A DNA stretch of 62,228 nt, filler included, from Choristocarpus tenellus KU-1152 (taxonomy: Eukaryota; Protista; Phaeophyceae): assembly GCA_964200185.2 (NCBI GenBank). It is 8 parts of 8 records of this genome, joined end to end, with 100 filler letters (N's around TTAATTAATTAA, not from the genome) between each part and the next. Parts side by side here need not be neighbours in the genome. Positions count along the whole stretch, not along the records: positions 1 to 16,857 come from CAXNAD020000755.1; 7 more parts are not named here. One strand, given 5' to 3'. The position numbers were made by a program, and so were the translations under genes. Shown in pieces: positions 1-13,706 of this stretch; position 1 is the first letter of the stretch, and each line of letters starts with the position of its first letter. Below the pieces are notes generated by a model. The model ran no database searches. It was not told where the DNA came from and was given only the letters and a program-made list of their open reading frames with translations.

Positions 1-1354
1 CCCTCTCCCTCCCCCCATTCCCCCAACTTGGAATGCCTTGGTCCCCCGGTGCCCCCTGCCCCCCCCCCCCCCCCCTTCCCATTTGTGTCTACACCACCGT
101 GAACTTTGTTGATGGTGGTGCAGGAGAGCGCGTTGCGAGGGTTCATCAGCCGCAGGGGTTCAGGAAGCCTGAAGGCGGTGTTTGGGGGAGGGCCGAGGGT
201 ATCCTTTGGGAAGATGAACCCTAACCTTGGCAAGTGGACCCAGTCAAATGAAGGCAGTAGTCGGTTGTATTGATGAGGAGGATTGGGGTTTGTGTAGGTA
301 GTTTATTTCATCAACTGCCTTCTTGTTTTTGTTTTTGTTTTTGAAGTGTATACACAGTTCAAAGTACATATTGGTGTACTATTTTTTTTTCTCAAGGAGA
401 TTTTTATTTTAATTAAAAAAAATACAATTTTGCGTTCTTGGAGTCTAAAGAGCAACCAGTTTGTTTGCATGTAGAGGTGACGAGGAGAGTGTGTATTATT
501 GTTCTGTTTGACAGTGCAGAGGTTGTTGTTGTCACTAGACTATGGGTGGGGATACAAGAAGGTTAAAGGAGGGGAAGATGTGGGGCAGGAAGGGGTTCGG
601 CAGTGATTTTGGACTCCATGGGGGGGACTAAGAAGTGGTGTGCACCAATTAATGGTTTAGAACTCTCTACTATGTTGTAGACTAGGATGAGCTTCTTTGG
701 TGTTCTTTGATGTATGCGCTGGCTATAAGAATATCCATCTCGTACCTAATGGACTGTTATCTGTGGAGAGCTCTAGAGTGGCCAGTATACACCTCAGGAA
801 AGTCCCCCAAGTCAGAGCTCCTCTCTCCCCACCTCGCCTCCTCCTCATCCACTACAGTAGTGTAACTCCTGTTCTGTTCGAATTTGTTTTCAGGTTGTCA
901 TGACCTCGCCTGCGAAGCTTTGGTGCCTCCCTCTCACTCTAAAACCCTTCCCACCTACGCAGCAGGGGCACTTGAACTGATTTACCCACATATGTAGAAC
1001 ATGTATCCAACCAAGTACTTTGGTGTATGTTGTAGTACTTTCTATTTGGTGTATACGTCGTACACATCACTCATCTCACATCCCGAACGAACAACGCCTG
1101 ATACCGCCGGTCCAAATCCCGACAACGCAAACCTATATATATTTTTTCACTCAGGCATGGTACTTGCTTGTGCAATCCATGCATGCATGCCCTTGAGCCG
1201 GTAGTGTCGCAAGCACCCGACCCTCTTTCTCTTATCCTTGTGCCCTTCTGCCCCCGATTGCTGTGCTCCTTGTGGGGGCAGGTGAGCTCTTCCTCCTGTT
1301 CTGCTTGTTTGTGGAGGGTTTCCAATCTTCAACGTGCGTGCTGGGGCTGAACAG

Positions 1355-3493
1355 TGACGGAGAAAGGTACACGGAAAGTGTCACCCCAGACCGACAGGTA
1401 TGGAACAAGCAACTTGGAAGGCACATCCTTAATGGCTAGGGTGTCGGAGGAGCTTGAAGAGGGGGGAGGGAAGGGGAGCATTTTTTTTTTTACTGCATGT
1501 TTTTGTTGAGGTCCTGATCAGTTTTCAGTTTGTTTTCAGAGGTAGAGATGTATTCAACACACACAGCCATATGGATTTTATATTCTCTGCCGGGTATTTT
1601 TCAGGGCCCTGTATATTTTTCTGGGCAAGTTTGGGAAATGTCTGGGCTGTACTGAGGTCCGATGGTCTTACGTACGTGAGAGGTCAAGCTTGGACCACAG
1701 CAAGGGTCACTTGTGTTTGTGAGAGGTTATTTATTTTTTATTGTCATTATTATTTATTTTTTATTTTTGTATTGACAGTTTTTAACGTAGTTTGTAGTAA
1801 GGGTGTTTTAGTGTTAGTATTTCAAAGCAGCCTGTTTGCAAGAAGTTGTGGAGAGTGTGATACCAGGCTGCTATGAGTTCGACCTGAACCATGGCCTTGT
1901 TCTAGTGTTTCAAAAGGTCCGGTTTAGGGTGACTGGGGTTTGTGAAGAACCAGTCTGAATATCGCCTCGGTTGGTCATGTTTATGAAGGTCTGGCCCTGG
2001 ACTGTTGACTGTTTTTATGGTCCGATTTTATTTGCCTGGTCCTTTTTTTTTTACAAAAAAAATGTTCCTGCTTTTTTTTTTCTAAGTGGTTTCTTATTAC
2101 TTTTTATTGATGGTCAAGTGGTCCGGGTTCATAGCTGCGCTTACGTGGTTGTTGTGAGGACAAGGCTCTCCAACAAAAAAAGAAGAAATAGTGTAGAGTG
2201 AAATTATAGGCTCATTTTAAGGTTGGGCAACACTCATGTTTGCTTTTGTCGTCTAAAGTTTTTTTTTTTTAGTATGCTTTGAGTAGTAAATGGTAAACTG
2301 CAAAATGGGGTCCTAGTTCCAGTGCTCTTGAAACTCTTGTCTCTTAGTCTCAAGAGTGTGTAGTGTGTGGCCTGTAAGTGTGGGCTGTTCACTTCTTCCA
2401 ATATCTCTATTGTGCGCTTACCTAATTCAGAAGCGTTTCACTGATAGACTGATTCTAAACACAGTTTTCGAGCTTATTCAATAACAGCTCCGTGAGGTTT
2501 CTGATCAATGGACACGCACCGAGGCATAAAAAAAATTGTTTGGTTTAGCTGCAGCTGCTATTTCAACCAATTTTCAAGGCAGGGGCAGGGCCCGTGGTTG
2601 TTTGGAACAGTTTTGAGAGGCGCTCTTGAAGCACTCGGTCTTTGTTCTACAGAGAAGGTACTATATTAGAGGGGAGTTTGTAGAGTGTTTGGGATTCATT
2701 TGACTGCCTTCTGGTACATGTACTTCTAGTGACCTGGAAGGCTATTTCGCTCTTCTTGTCTTCTCTTCTGCAGCCGTAGCCTCCGAAAGGGTGTTGGGTG
2801 CGTTTTAGTCAACCCAAGAGTGTGCCAGGCAGAAGGTTTAAAACACCCTATATTATTCTAACGCCCTAGTATAGAGTACTAGTATAGAGTGCTAGTATAG
2901 AATACTAGTATAGAGTACTAGTATAGAGTACTAGTATAGAGTGCTAATATAGAGTACTGGTATAGAGTACACGTGTTGCTCGTTGGCGTAGGTGTTTTTG
3001 GTGGATTGCTCACCCACCAAGTCGTTCACAAATTCGAACCTTCATTTGATTTTCCGTAGCTAAGTAGTAGCATTGTACACCAGTTGGGTGCAACTATTGA
3101 ATTATTGTTATGCATAGACTGAAATTTTTCTAGCTTGTTGGGTTCAGCCATCCCCACGATCATCGTTCTGCCTCCTCCCTTGAATCTTGTGTTAGACCCG
3201 CCCCCTCTTGGCTATGACCCTTGCTGCCACACTCTTGATGCATGGTTTCTGTTGTATAGTGGATGATCGACATGCACAATCTGTAGTGTTTGTCTCGGGA
3301 TCATCTTTAAGGGGGGGGGGGGGGGGGGGGGGGGGCGGGAGAGGAAAAACAAAAACGGAGGGGGCGGGGCCCCCCGCCCCCAGCCCACCCCCCCACCGCT
3401 CTGTCTCTTTTTTNNNNNNNNNNTGTTTTGTTTTTTGTTATTTGTTTATTATCGTTCGGTGCTCTGTGTTGTGTGTGTGGGGTGGGGGGGGGT

Positions 3494-3524
<31 letters not shown>

Positions 3525-5822
3525 GAACCTGAGAGAGAACACTATACATGGGCTGCTGAGCCACGCATCAAACGGCACCCAACTATCAGCCTGTTTATAG
3601 TTCTTTTTTTTTGGTGAAAGTGCCCTCATGATGCTGCTGTCTTGCTCAGATAAGGGAAGGCTTGTGATAACATGATGCTCCAATTGCTGCACAAGTAGTA
3701 CTAATGATAAGGTAACTTGCATTCACCTTTGCCTCCATGTTGGTTCGAATGGTTGTATCTTTCTTTGGTAGGAGACCAACTTGTACATACAAATTTTCTG
3801 CTCTGCTGTTGAATTTTGTTGCCCATAGAGCAAGCCCCAAGCATTTTCTTTTCCACTTCGTCTTGCTGTCGAGAACTCGCAATGATCAAAATCTTATATT
3901 TGTTTAATGTACAAGGTAAGATCGAAGGTCCCACTGAAGGAGCTGCAAGCAAGTCCCTCGTTTGTTGATATTTTCTTTCAATTTGTCCAAATATTTTGTG
4001 GGTTTTACAAGTTTTTATTTATATACTTTTCATTCTCGCATTTAACCATCATACCTTCTCGGCCTTTTGGCTAAGATCATGTGTAGTATCTGTTCTATCT
4101 AGTGTGAAAACTAGATGATCTCCAACGGAGATCAAATTTCACACCTGTTTTTGTAATCGCTGGGTCTAGTGTCGCTTGCGACACTCCAGTTGGATTTCCT
4201 CGGCATTACACTTGAGCCAAGTGAGGTCCGTCCCTTTGGGGACAACAAAGTACCCATCATACACATACACAAACACGCTCAGTCCACTTACAGGGAATTA
4301 CTTACAAAAAAGTATGAATCATCCATCTCTGTCCTAGAATCATTACGGACTATGATCATTGACTGAGATTGGCGATCTCGATTTTCTTTTCAATGTGGTT
4401 GGGGCTGCTTTTTAGAGGGAAAGAAAGCTCTTGTAAGCAGATCATATGAGAGGGTTTGCATATCACCCCCAAAATTGCTGGCGACTTTGGGAGGATGATG
4501 ATATACATGTACAATTACATTGCATGTCCCTTTATTGCTTTGTTGCTCTGCATGCATCCCTGAGATCATTCGTTGATGCAAAAGGGTTACAGTAGTGCCT
4601 TGTTTTGTGAGATTTGATGCTGGGTCTGTTGGATCATAGTCAGTAACAGCACTGGGTATATGGGCAGAGAGAAAGCTCTTTCTGATTTGATTCTCTCAGG
4701 GAGGGGTAGAATTGCTGTGACAAACATCGGTGGATCTGTATTCAATCTAGGTTTGTATCATGATTGAGTTGTTGGTACTTCCTTGCTATCTGGTTGAGTA
4801 CCATTGGGGGGAGGAGTTGGTTGCTCCAGTTGTTAGTTAACTTTTCATATATATTTTTTGAAGCGAATATTAACTAATTAGTTAACTCCCACATACGTAC
4901 GTTCAATTCATGCAGGCTATGGCTTAATCTCTTATTCTCTTATTACACACGGCTTAATCTCTTATTTTTTGCGATGTGTAGTTCGAATAGATGAAACTGA
5001 GAAATCAGAAGGTGTATGTGTACTACAGTATTATTATTTTTTTTGTTGGGATACAGGTCCTCTTGTTGGTCAGTCTTGACTCAATGCTTTGTTCATTTGA
5101 GTAGGATAGCATGCAATTGCATACAATGGCGTACACTCTGGTTCTTGTATATGAGGTAGATACAGAACAATACTGCCATAATGTGATAGCTGCTTTTTTC
5201 TTTGTCTTTGCAGTCCATGCCATACCCACACGTAGTGCCCCCTCCTCTTGTATCTTATGTGTATCTTATGTGTACCTTATGTGTACCTTATATGCACTTG
5301 AGGTGCTTTCTGATGTAAGATACGAAAAAAGGCTGATCGGGACTGTGCAGTTCTCTTCCCACAAACCCTAACCCTAACCCCTCCGAGGAAAGGATAAACC
5401 GTTACGGATTTTGACTTAAGCCCTCCTGATCACCACTGCTTTGCATCAAAACTAGTTGTCGTAGATACTTTCAGTCTCAGCCTTTGTGGCTTTGAGTTGA
5501 GTACGCAGAATATGGCGCACTGCTCTCGATCCCGCCCCTATTGTTCGATATTTGCTGCTGAATCCATTGGCATAACCCCCCCTCCCTCACCCTATTCCCC
5601 TTTGTTGACACCTTTCCATTGCCCGTTCTGGCGAGGGGCAGTGGTGGGGGCGCCCGGAGGAAGGCCCAGTGCTCTTGTTAGTGAATGACAAGCTCTTGGA
5701 GGATCTGGCGTTGCCGGCCATCGCTGCAACCCTTAGAAGGTGCAACAAGGCGTGCGTTAGTCCTCCTGGCACCTCAATCATTGCGCTCCCTCTTTGCATC
5801 CTTCAAGGAAAACCGATTCATC

Positions 5823-5862
<40 letters not shown>

Positions 5863-8800
5863 TGTGTGTGTGTGTTTGTGTTTGTGTTTGTGTTTGAAAG
5901 GTCATTTTTCCAGTGATGTTCTAGGGGATGTGTGGTGAGCACTGCAGCGTCTATGAGAGAGTGTTAGTTGATTTTTGTCAGATGAAAAAAAGGGAAGGGA
6001 AGGGAAGGGAAGGGAATTGAACGGAAGGGAAGGAGGAGAGGGAGGGGAGGACTCTCCTCAGGGGCTGTGCCAAGGTTTGGTGTTAACATAAGAGTGTTTC
6101 CTTTACTACTGTATGCATTCCAAGGTTGAGATTGTAATCTCTCTAAAGAGGGAATTCATGTGGGAGTTGGGGGGGGGATAGCCGGTAGGACTCTAGCCCA
6201 TATTCTACAAAGTAGTATTGGGGGAGAAGGGGAAATGATAAGGGTTGACCCTACTCTGCATGGCTCTGGTGCTTATATGTGAGCTTTAAGTATTGATAAT
6301 GGTGTATTTGATGTGTGACGAACAGAACTCAGGAGTCTTAGTTCCTTGTATTGCAAGGGGTTCGGAGTGGTTCAAGGGTGGACTTTTGAGAAAAGAGGAG
6401 TTAAATTCTGAAATTGCTTCTTTTTTTTTCTTCACCCATGAACAAAAAAAAACATTTTTCCTGCTCACTTGACAATGGTGTTGCAATGCGTATCTGTGGT
6501 GGCGGGATTGGAACAAGTCTGGGTTTATAGTGGTTTGAAGTATTTGGTGGGTGAGAGCACGACCATGCAAAAAAGCATGCCTCTATTATGTTGGGGAGGG
6601 GTACCCTAACTATAGACTCAATCCTATTCTCACCCCTAGAGAGGTTACCTGATTCATGGCATACTTGAGGGTAGTTTTTTTATGTGCGTGTATGTGTGTG
6701 TGTGTGTGTGTGTGTTTGTCCTTGTGTTAAGATGGATCTTCAAGGTGATAAAAAAGGACTGAGAGTTTTATGTTCTTGCACTTGTGGTTTGTTGGAGGGA
6801 GGAGGGGCGGGGTGAGGTGAGGGTGCCGGCAATGAGGCCTCTCTGCTTTGATGGGTGCCTTTGTTTATGTGAGGGTTGTGTCTTCCAGTACTGAACAAGA
6901 CATTGTGTATTGTGTTACATTCTCTTTCTTTTGTCTTAGAGCCATAAACGGATGGATGCAGCATAGTTTTTTGTATTCTTTATCCTCCTTGACTTTACTT
7001 CAAAAAGGATGGATACAGTATTGAAAGGAATGCAAGAGTTACATATCTTCAACCTGAGCCGGAGGGAAATGAATGCATTTTGTGAACATAATTCCCCCCC
7101 CCCCCCCCTCCCCCTCCCCCAATTATTTTCTTGTCCACCTTCCCACTGCCCTACTCTGTTGTGCACACTCCCTCTATGGATATATGTATCTATCATGCAG
7201 ATCTTGTGGGGCAATTTTGTACTCTTTATGGCCAGGTAGAGCCTCTGGTCTTCCAGTGTGGGGGAACGATCCACGCTGGTCACTTCTGGGGCATGCCCTG
7301 AGTGGATCCGGAGCTGGTGCAGCAGCAGCAGCCTCTTCAGGTAGGCCTGGTGGCATGTTGCGGCTATGGCATCATGTGGTAGTGAAAGAGCATGAAATTG
7401 TGCATTGGTGGAGTCTTGTGGATGCCTGTGCTTACAGAGGGTCTGCGTGTATGTGTGCGTGTTTTATTGGGCTGGAGGAGTTTTTGGTGATGAGATGTAG
7501 ATGTAGGAAAGTAATGTTTGTGGGTTAGTTTGATGCTGTGGTGAATGGGATTGCTGCTTTTTTTGAGAGAATTGCATCCCTATTCTGTGGGAGTAGTTTT
7601 GGTGGGATTCACGGTGGAGTATTTTGATCTGGATGAGTGCGACCCTCACCTGATTGTGTCAATAGTGTGATGGATTTCGTTCAAAATATATCGGTATTTG
7701 ATAGGTGTTTTGACCACCCATCCTGTTGATTGTTGTGTAGCAGAACGAGCTCTCCGAGAGATGTGCAGGAGAGGGGGATAGATGTATTTATGTGTTGGTT
7801 GACATACATTCAAATGTGTGTACACATTTTTTTTTTGTGTATAGATCTTGAGGGTAATGAAGGCTAGAACATATATCCTGTCTCTCCCTTGCTGACCAAC
7901 TCCCCAGAGAATGGCTGTTGTACATGGAGTGACTAGATTGAATGTGTAAGGTACGGGTTGAAACAGATGATCTTATGTTTACACCTTCCTCTTCATGCAT
8001 CAGAAGCAACCTACTCCATCACCACATACAGACTAACCCGTTTACCAACCCAGTCCCATCACCCCTTAATGTGACTTTTCCTACCCCTCCCCCCCTCCCC
8101 CCCACTCCCCGGCCCTTCTTGTACTGTGTTGTTCCTCCATAAATCTGCGTTTATATTTTTATACTGTAAAAAATGAAGGTTTGGGTACCGATAGCCATCA
8201 CAAGATGGATAAATCGCAGGGACTGTGTTACCTTGAATGGATGGATATTCTGTTCGAGGTGAGCGAACAAATATTTGAATGAAAATGGCTATATGGTGTA
8301 TCTCATTCCAAGGTTGTCGTAGTACTTTCCGATTTAGCACCTTGCTTGTCGCGCCGCTCCAAGACTGATTGGGTAGTAGGTTGAAGTCTTTTATAAGGTG
8401 GATAAGTAGAGGAGGAGGAGGTGCATATTGCAACAATCGACATGGGAATAGGGTTTGGGTCAGGGTTGCGGATAGAGCTATTGCTGACACTGCCCTGTTT
8501 AGGGTAGTGGTAAGACATCAGGTCACTCTTTCAGAGGGAGAGGGAGAGTTGGTTGGGGTGGGCGATTCTTCATGACATTAGTGTCAGCATCATAGTACTT
8601 AGCCTGCAATTTGTTGCATCCTCAAGCCCCTTCCTGAAAACGCGTTATCTCATTGTGCAAGTTGTAACCATTGCATTGTTCCTCTGCTCAAGCACACCAA
8701 CTTTACTCATTGGTACCCAAGTATGCTTTTTTTTTACACCCCACCCCTACCCCTTTTCCCCTATGCACACTATGGACTTGTGACCAAATCATAGGCATCA

Positions 8801-11800
8801 CATCGCAACAGCAGTGGTGATGGTGGCATCAGTAGCCCAGGTCCATTTGGGCTACCCGGGTTCCTCCTCCCGACGATAGGTAGTGCATCAGCAACAGGGG
8901 GTGGGTTGGGGCGAATGGGTCAAAAAGGTGACCACTATCACCGCCTTGAAGCACGCCACGCCTTTGATGTGGCAGCAGGTCGGACAGTTGATGTTGCGTG
9001 GGCAGAGCTCAAGGCAGCAGCAGTAGGTCCTGGTGAGAAGGGGGGGAATGCTGCAGAGGGCATCGTTGAGTTAAGGCAATGGCAGCAGTCTGCTATGGCG
9101 GACACAGGTGATTCTTTTGGTACAGGCAGTGATGGCAAGGGAGCAAGGAGCGATGGTAGTTTGAACTCAATACCATCCAGCTTTGTTGGTGAGGAAGCAG
9201 AGAGTGTTGGGGAGGAGGGCGATGTGGAGATGGACATAGATTGTGAGGAAGACGAACACAGTGACGTTGAGGTGAAGGTGAATGTTGGTGATGACAGAGT
9301 GTTGGAGGGGGTGGGAGAGTGTGCAGGTTGGGCTGAGCAGCCACCGCTCCCCCCTGGCCCCATGCCACCCCTTCCCCTACAGGAGGGGCCCCCTGAAGTT
9401 ATTGCTGCTGTCAATTGTGGGAGGGATGGGGATAGTAAAGATAATGTGGGTGTAAGTTCAGTGGCGCTTGCCTCAATGACTGGAGTGGATGTGATCAATG
9501 CTGTGCAGCTGCCTGTTCTACCACCACTACCCTCTTCTGAACCAGACAAGAGTCAAGAGGAAGACTATATGGTTGATAGGGAGGCCTGTTGCAGTGTCGT
9601 AGGAGGAGACAGGGGTGAGGGGGTTCAAGAGGGGTCAGGGCTGGGTGCAGGTTCAGGACCGCTTCAAGTACCGTTGGTAGGGAATGGAGAGTCGTGCACA
9701 TCCCACCAGGATAAGAGAATGATCAAACACAATTACAAGAAGAGTTGCGGTAATGCAGGAGATAAAACCACAGCATGTTGTACGGTGGGAGATACTTCCG
9801 ACCAAGATGCTGTTGATAATTCAGGTGCAGAGATGGAACGAAAGTCGGAGTTGGAAAGGGGAAGGGAGAAGGAGCGAGAAAAGGGTCGAGAAAGGGGGAG
9901 GAAGCTGTTGGAGTTGAAGGCTGAGAGGGAGCGGAAAGAAACTGCCAGGGCAATGGAAAGAGAGCGCGAGGAGGAGCAAAGAGAAAAGGATAAGGAGCAG
10001 AGAGCTCGGGTCAGGGACCGCAGCAGGGAAGTGACCAAAACTCAGGAGAGAGTTGAGAGGAGGGTTAGGGACAGGGAGAGGAAGGAGTGGGATCGGCAGA
10101 GGGAGTGGGAACGCGAAAGGGATAGAGAGCGTGATAGGTGGACAAGGTTCCGTCAAGCAAAGGGTAGAAAGGAGGATGATACTAAAAGGAGGCGTGCTGT
10201 CATGGATACACGAGACAGGCGCTGGGAGCGTAGTCCAGCGCCTGAGAGAGAGGTTCGCAGGAAGTGGATTAGGAGTAAGGATGGACGACAGGAGAGCAGG
10301 AGAGTGGACCGAGGCAGAGGGGGTCAGGGATGGGGGGAGAGTCAGAGGTGGGGTGAGGGTCCAAATAGTGGGAGCAGTAGTAGTAGCACCAGCAGCAGCA
10401 GCAGCAGTGGCAGCGATAGTGGGAGTGACAAAGGGAGTGATAGTGAGAGCAAGAGCAATGGTGGGGAGAGGGACTATAGAAGAGATACTCTTGGGGAGGA
10501 GGACCAACTGACTAGTAGTTCTCGTAAGCGAGTGGGGGCGATGGGAGGTGTGAAGGGGGGAGGCTCTGGCTCAGGAAGGGGAGCTGTTGTGGGGACAGGG
10601 GCAGGGGTCATGCAAGAAGGTCAGGAGGAAAGTGAAGGGAAGTTCTCTATGAAGAGGATTCAAGAAAGACTCAAGGAGATAGGAAGCAGGGGAGACAGCA
10701 TCAAGGAGAGGCTATGGGAGATTGCAGGGGGTCGGGGAGGTGATGAGGTTTGGAATGTTGGAGACGCTCAGGATGTCAACAAGAAAGAGGAAGAGGAAGA
10801 AGGCGAGATTTTGGAGGATCGAGATGCTCACCTGATGTCTGCACCTGTGATGCATCACCCCGGCACATCAGCCTATATGGCCTCAAGTATCACTACATAC
10901 TCAGCTCAGCCCTCTAGTTGGATGACAAGTAGCCCCTCCGTGGTAGAACTAGGAGTGGAATGTGCATCAGTGACGGCCCCATTGGCAGTGAACTGGACAA
11001 GTGATTTACCGTTTCGAGAACAATCAACTACTGCCTCTGCTTCCGCAATGGGACATTCACAGTCCACGTTCCAAGCCCAGGTCCCCAGGCCAATTGTTCC
11101 CCACCCCACTGCTTATCAAGTTACTGCAGAGGGAATCGATGCAGCAAGGGCATCTACGGCAACTCACCTTACCCCCACATCAACCTCAATGCGGTCAATT
11201 TCCTCCTATTCAGCTCAACCTTCAGGGAGGACAGAGACCCAACATTCCACATTACACGCGACTGCAAAAGATGTACCTGTAACGCCCTCAACAGGATCAA
11301 ATTGGACGGTTCAGTTGCCTCTTCAAAGTCAAGTGCCCGACTATAGTGCATGTACCATCGCACCGCCAACCCAGGACCACATATCCAGCAGGACCCCGAC
11401 CACATATCAAGTGGCAACAGCTGTGAGAGGGGTGCTTGCCAGAGCCACCCCTGGTGCAACCTTCCCATGGTCAGCCCCCCCCTATTCATCCCGAACTCCT
11501 GGGGGGATGGAGACTATCCAGCCTACAACACAGTCTTTGGTGAAAGGGATGGCGGTGACTCCTCAAACTGCTGCAACATGGACATTGAGGGGGGAGATTG
11601 GAGACACTAAAGGTGTTGATCCTGCAGGTGTGGGTGATGTGACACTCGTTGCTTCATGTGGACCTGCTGGTAGGGGAGAGGGTTTGTTCATGGAAGCCTC
11701 AGCCCCAGAAGATGGGAGGGAGAGGGTGAGGCAATCACTGTTGGAAACATGTGGACTAGAGCAGCAGGGAGATAGTGGGGATAATGCTGGTGAAGGAGTC

Positions 11801-11864
11801 AAAGAGCTGGAGGAGGGTGAGATTGAGGAGGGGGAGATCAAGATGACAGCGCCTCATCCTGAAG
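1355..11864 (+). CDS. Multi-exon gene for a large low-complexity (RE/RS-rich, S/T/P-rich) protein of unknown function; exons 1355-1397, 5636-5739, 7240-7340, 8179-8258, 8795-11864, continuing at 13707
   Basis: The frame of ORF 8906-11911 is open from an AG acceptor at 8793-8794 to the GAAG|GTAAGG donor at 11864. The upstream small exons have AG/GT boundaries with compatible phases (0,2,1,0). No domain recognised. The 5' end is unresolved, with a possible exon starting at 124. Confidence 0.6.
2866..2970. repeat. 13-bp tandem repeat (CTAGTATAGAGTA), about 8 copies
   Basis: Directly visible head-to-tail units with few substitutions. Confidence 0.95.
4051..4235 (+). ncRNA. U2: U2 spliceosomal snRNA
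   Basis: 5' sequence ATACCTTCTCGGCCTTTTGGCTAAGATCATGTGTAGTATCTGTTCT with the GTAGTA branch-point recognition motif. Stem IIa TCTAGT/ACTAGA, stem IIb TGATCTCC/GGAGATCA, IIc TTTCACAC complementary to the IIa loop, a U-rich Sm-like site and 3' stem-loops. 3' end approximate. Confidence 0.93.
5826..5895. repeat. Compound microsatellite (AG)n(TG)n(TGTGTT)n
   Basis: Directly visible. Confidence 0.95.
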
Positions 11865-12682
11865 GTAAGGTGCTCCAGGACCGTGGGGATAGGAAAGGAA
11901 CAATAGCCTAGACAGAAGCTAAAGGCAAAGATGGGTATTGGGCTATATTTGTTTGCGATTTGTGGGTTACTTGAGACCAAATCCGCTCAATTTCATAGTG
12001 TTGGAAAGCTGTGCTATGTCAAATCCATGCGATGGTTGTAATTCACAGTACTGAGTGGCATATGCATTTATTAGTCATTCACGATGTACCTGTCACCCCC
12101 AGCTCTCCTTGAGGTTGCCTGACGGAGATGCCATGTGCACTATCCCTTACATCTCCTGCCCATCTCCTTCCTCTTACCTCAGTCCCCATGAACCACCTGC
12201 CCCTTTTCGGGATGTTTTATGCATTGCCGCAATACCTTGACTTCTTCAATGACTTGTAGTTTAAAAAATATATATATTCCCTTAGCTCTCATGAGTGCAG
12301 GTGATCGTGTTGACTACCCTGTTTATTTATTCACTTTTTGGATAAGTGATTAATTTCTTTGTTTGGATGGGTTTGTTGGTAGTAGTGAAAAGAACGAGTG
12401 GGACCACTGGTTTTATGCTCTTGCTGATCCGTGACCAGGTGACATAGATGGAAGAGAATGCTCACGGTCCACTCTACTCCTGTCCATCACCATTTGTTTA
12501 GTCCCATGTGCAAGCCGTTTGGGATGATTTTGTCAGAATTGTAGTGTACTTCACTGGTCTGGACAAGAAAAGGAGATATTGAAGTGAAAGTGTGTTGCAT
12601 GTATCACTGATGTTTGGTAGAAACTTAAGCGAGACTTGGCGATGCTGTGCTCCACACACAGTTGTTTTTGGGGCTTGTAGCT

Positions 12683-12937
12683 GAGTGGAAGTATCAGGGT
12701 ACGAGGTTTTCCCTGTTGGTCCACTTGGGGCTTAACTGCCCACATGTTTTTATGGACATTTTACCTGCCCCAAAATATTTCGGAGTAGGTAAAATGTATA
12801 CGTTATGAAAAGGAGTGTCAGGAACAAGGATATTGACATCTCCTAACAAAAATGATAGTCAAGATTACATCAAAATTGCAACATTAGATTTTGACCCCCA
12901 AATGGACACGGCTCTAACCTCTAGGATACTTTGACTT
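12683..12937 (+). mobile_element. MITE family A (about 255 bp), diverged copy, PIF/Harbinger-like
   Basis: Colinear with copies at 41328-41585 and 56716-56974; degenerate TIRs GAGTGGAAGTATC / GATACTTTGACTT. Confidence 0.85.
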
Positions 12938-13706
12938 GGCTGGTTAATTTTTGATTGCACCTACAAGGAGGAGACAAAAGAACATTTTATCTGAGCAAGA
13001 GGCAAATTTAACATCCTGCATCTCCTATTTTTACCTTGTTGCTGTTGCAGGTGGCACTCCTCATGCGCCATGTGAGGACCAGGGACCACTTCTGGTGCCA
13101 ACCTCTTTCTGCCTGTCAACTTAGTCTTGTGACTCTATTAGACTGCAGTCGAATGTGATACATGTTGGAGAGCTAGAGTTGGTGTAGATGTGGGTCCCTG
13201 TGAATACAATTAGTGTTGCAAGCGCTTCCTACTCTTGTTATGCAACGGAATGTGCAGGTTGTAGATCATTGACAGGTCAATCAATTGTTTTTGGTAGAGT
13301 AGTTCTTACTGTAGCACTTTGAGCTCTAGTATTTGTGCTGGATTAAGATGATAGTTTTGACAGCTGATTGGTTTTTAGCCCCTGTCCCCTTTTGAGTTTT
13401 GTTCCCTTTTGCATCCGTTCTTTTAGAAGTGTGAATTGCAAGGATCCTTTTTATTGTGTTGCTGAATGCTTGCTAAGGTGATAATAAAGAATAACATGTA
13501 AAGTTACAACGAGGTGCCCCTCATTTCGTTCACAAACACTGGACTTGAAATTCTTTAAGTGCACCAGTCACGTTGCAAGAATTGCGGTTGTGAGAGGCTG
13601 ATTCTTAGTTATACAACTGCATAAAAATGGGTTGAAGGGGGACCCGGTTTTGTAATATAGCTAGCTTTTGTTACCCATATCTCTCTGCTCAATACACCCT
13701 CCTCAG

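Noticed and set aside
1865-2140. Weak inverted repeat (GCTATGA...TCATAGC), possible old MITE
   Set aside because: Too degenerate, with no TSD and no second copy in the window
3640-4760. Minus-strand ORF fragments flanking U2
   Set aside because: No recognisable motif or consistent splice model
8938-11980. Numerous overlapping and antisense ORFs
   Set aside because: Shadows of the GC-rich, low-complexity 3-kb exon
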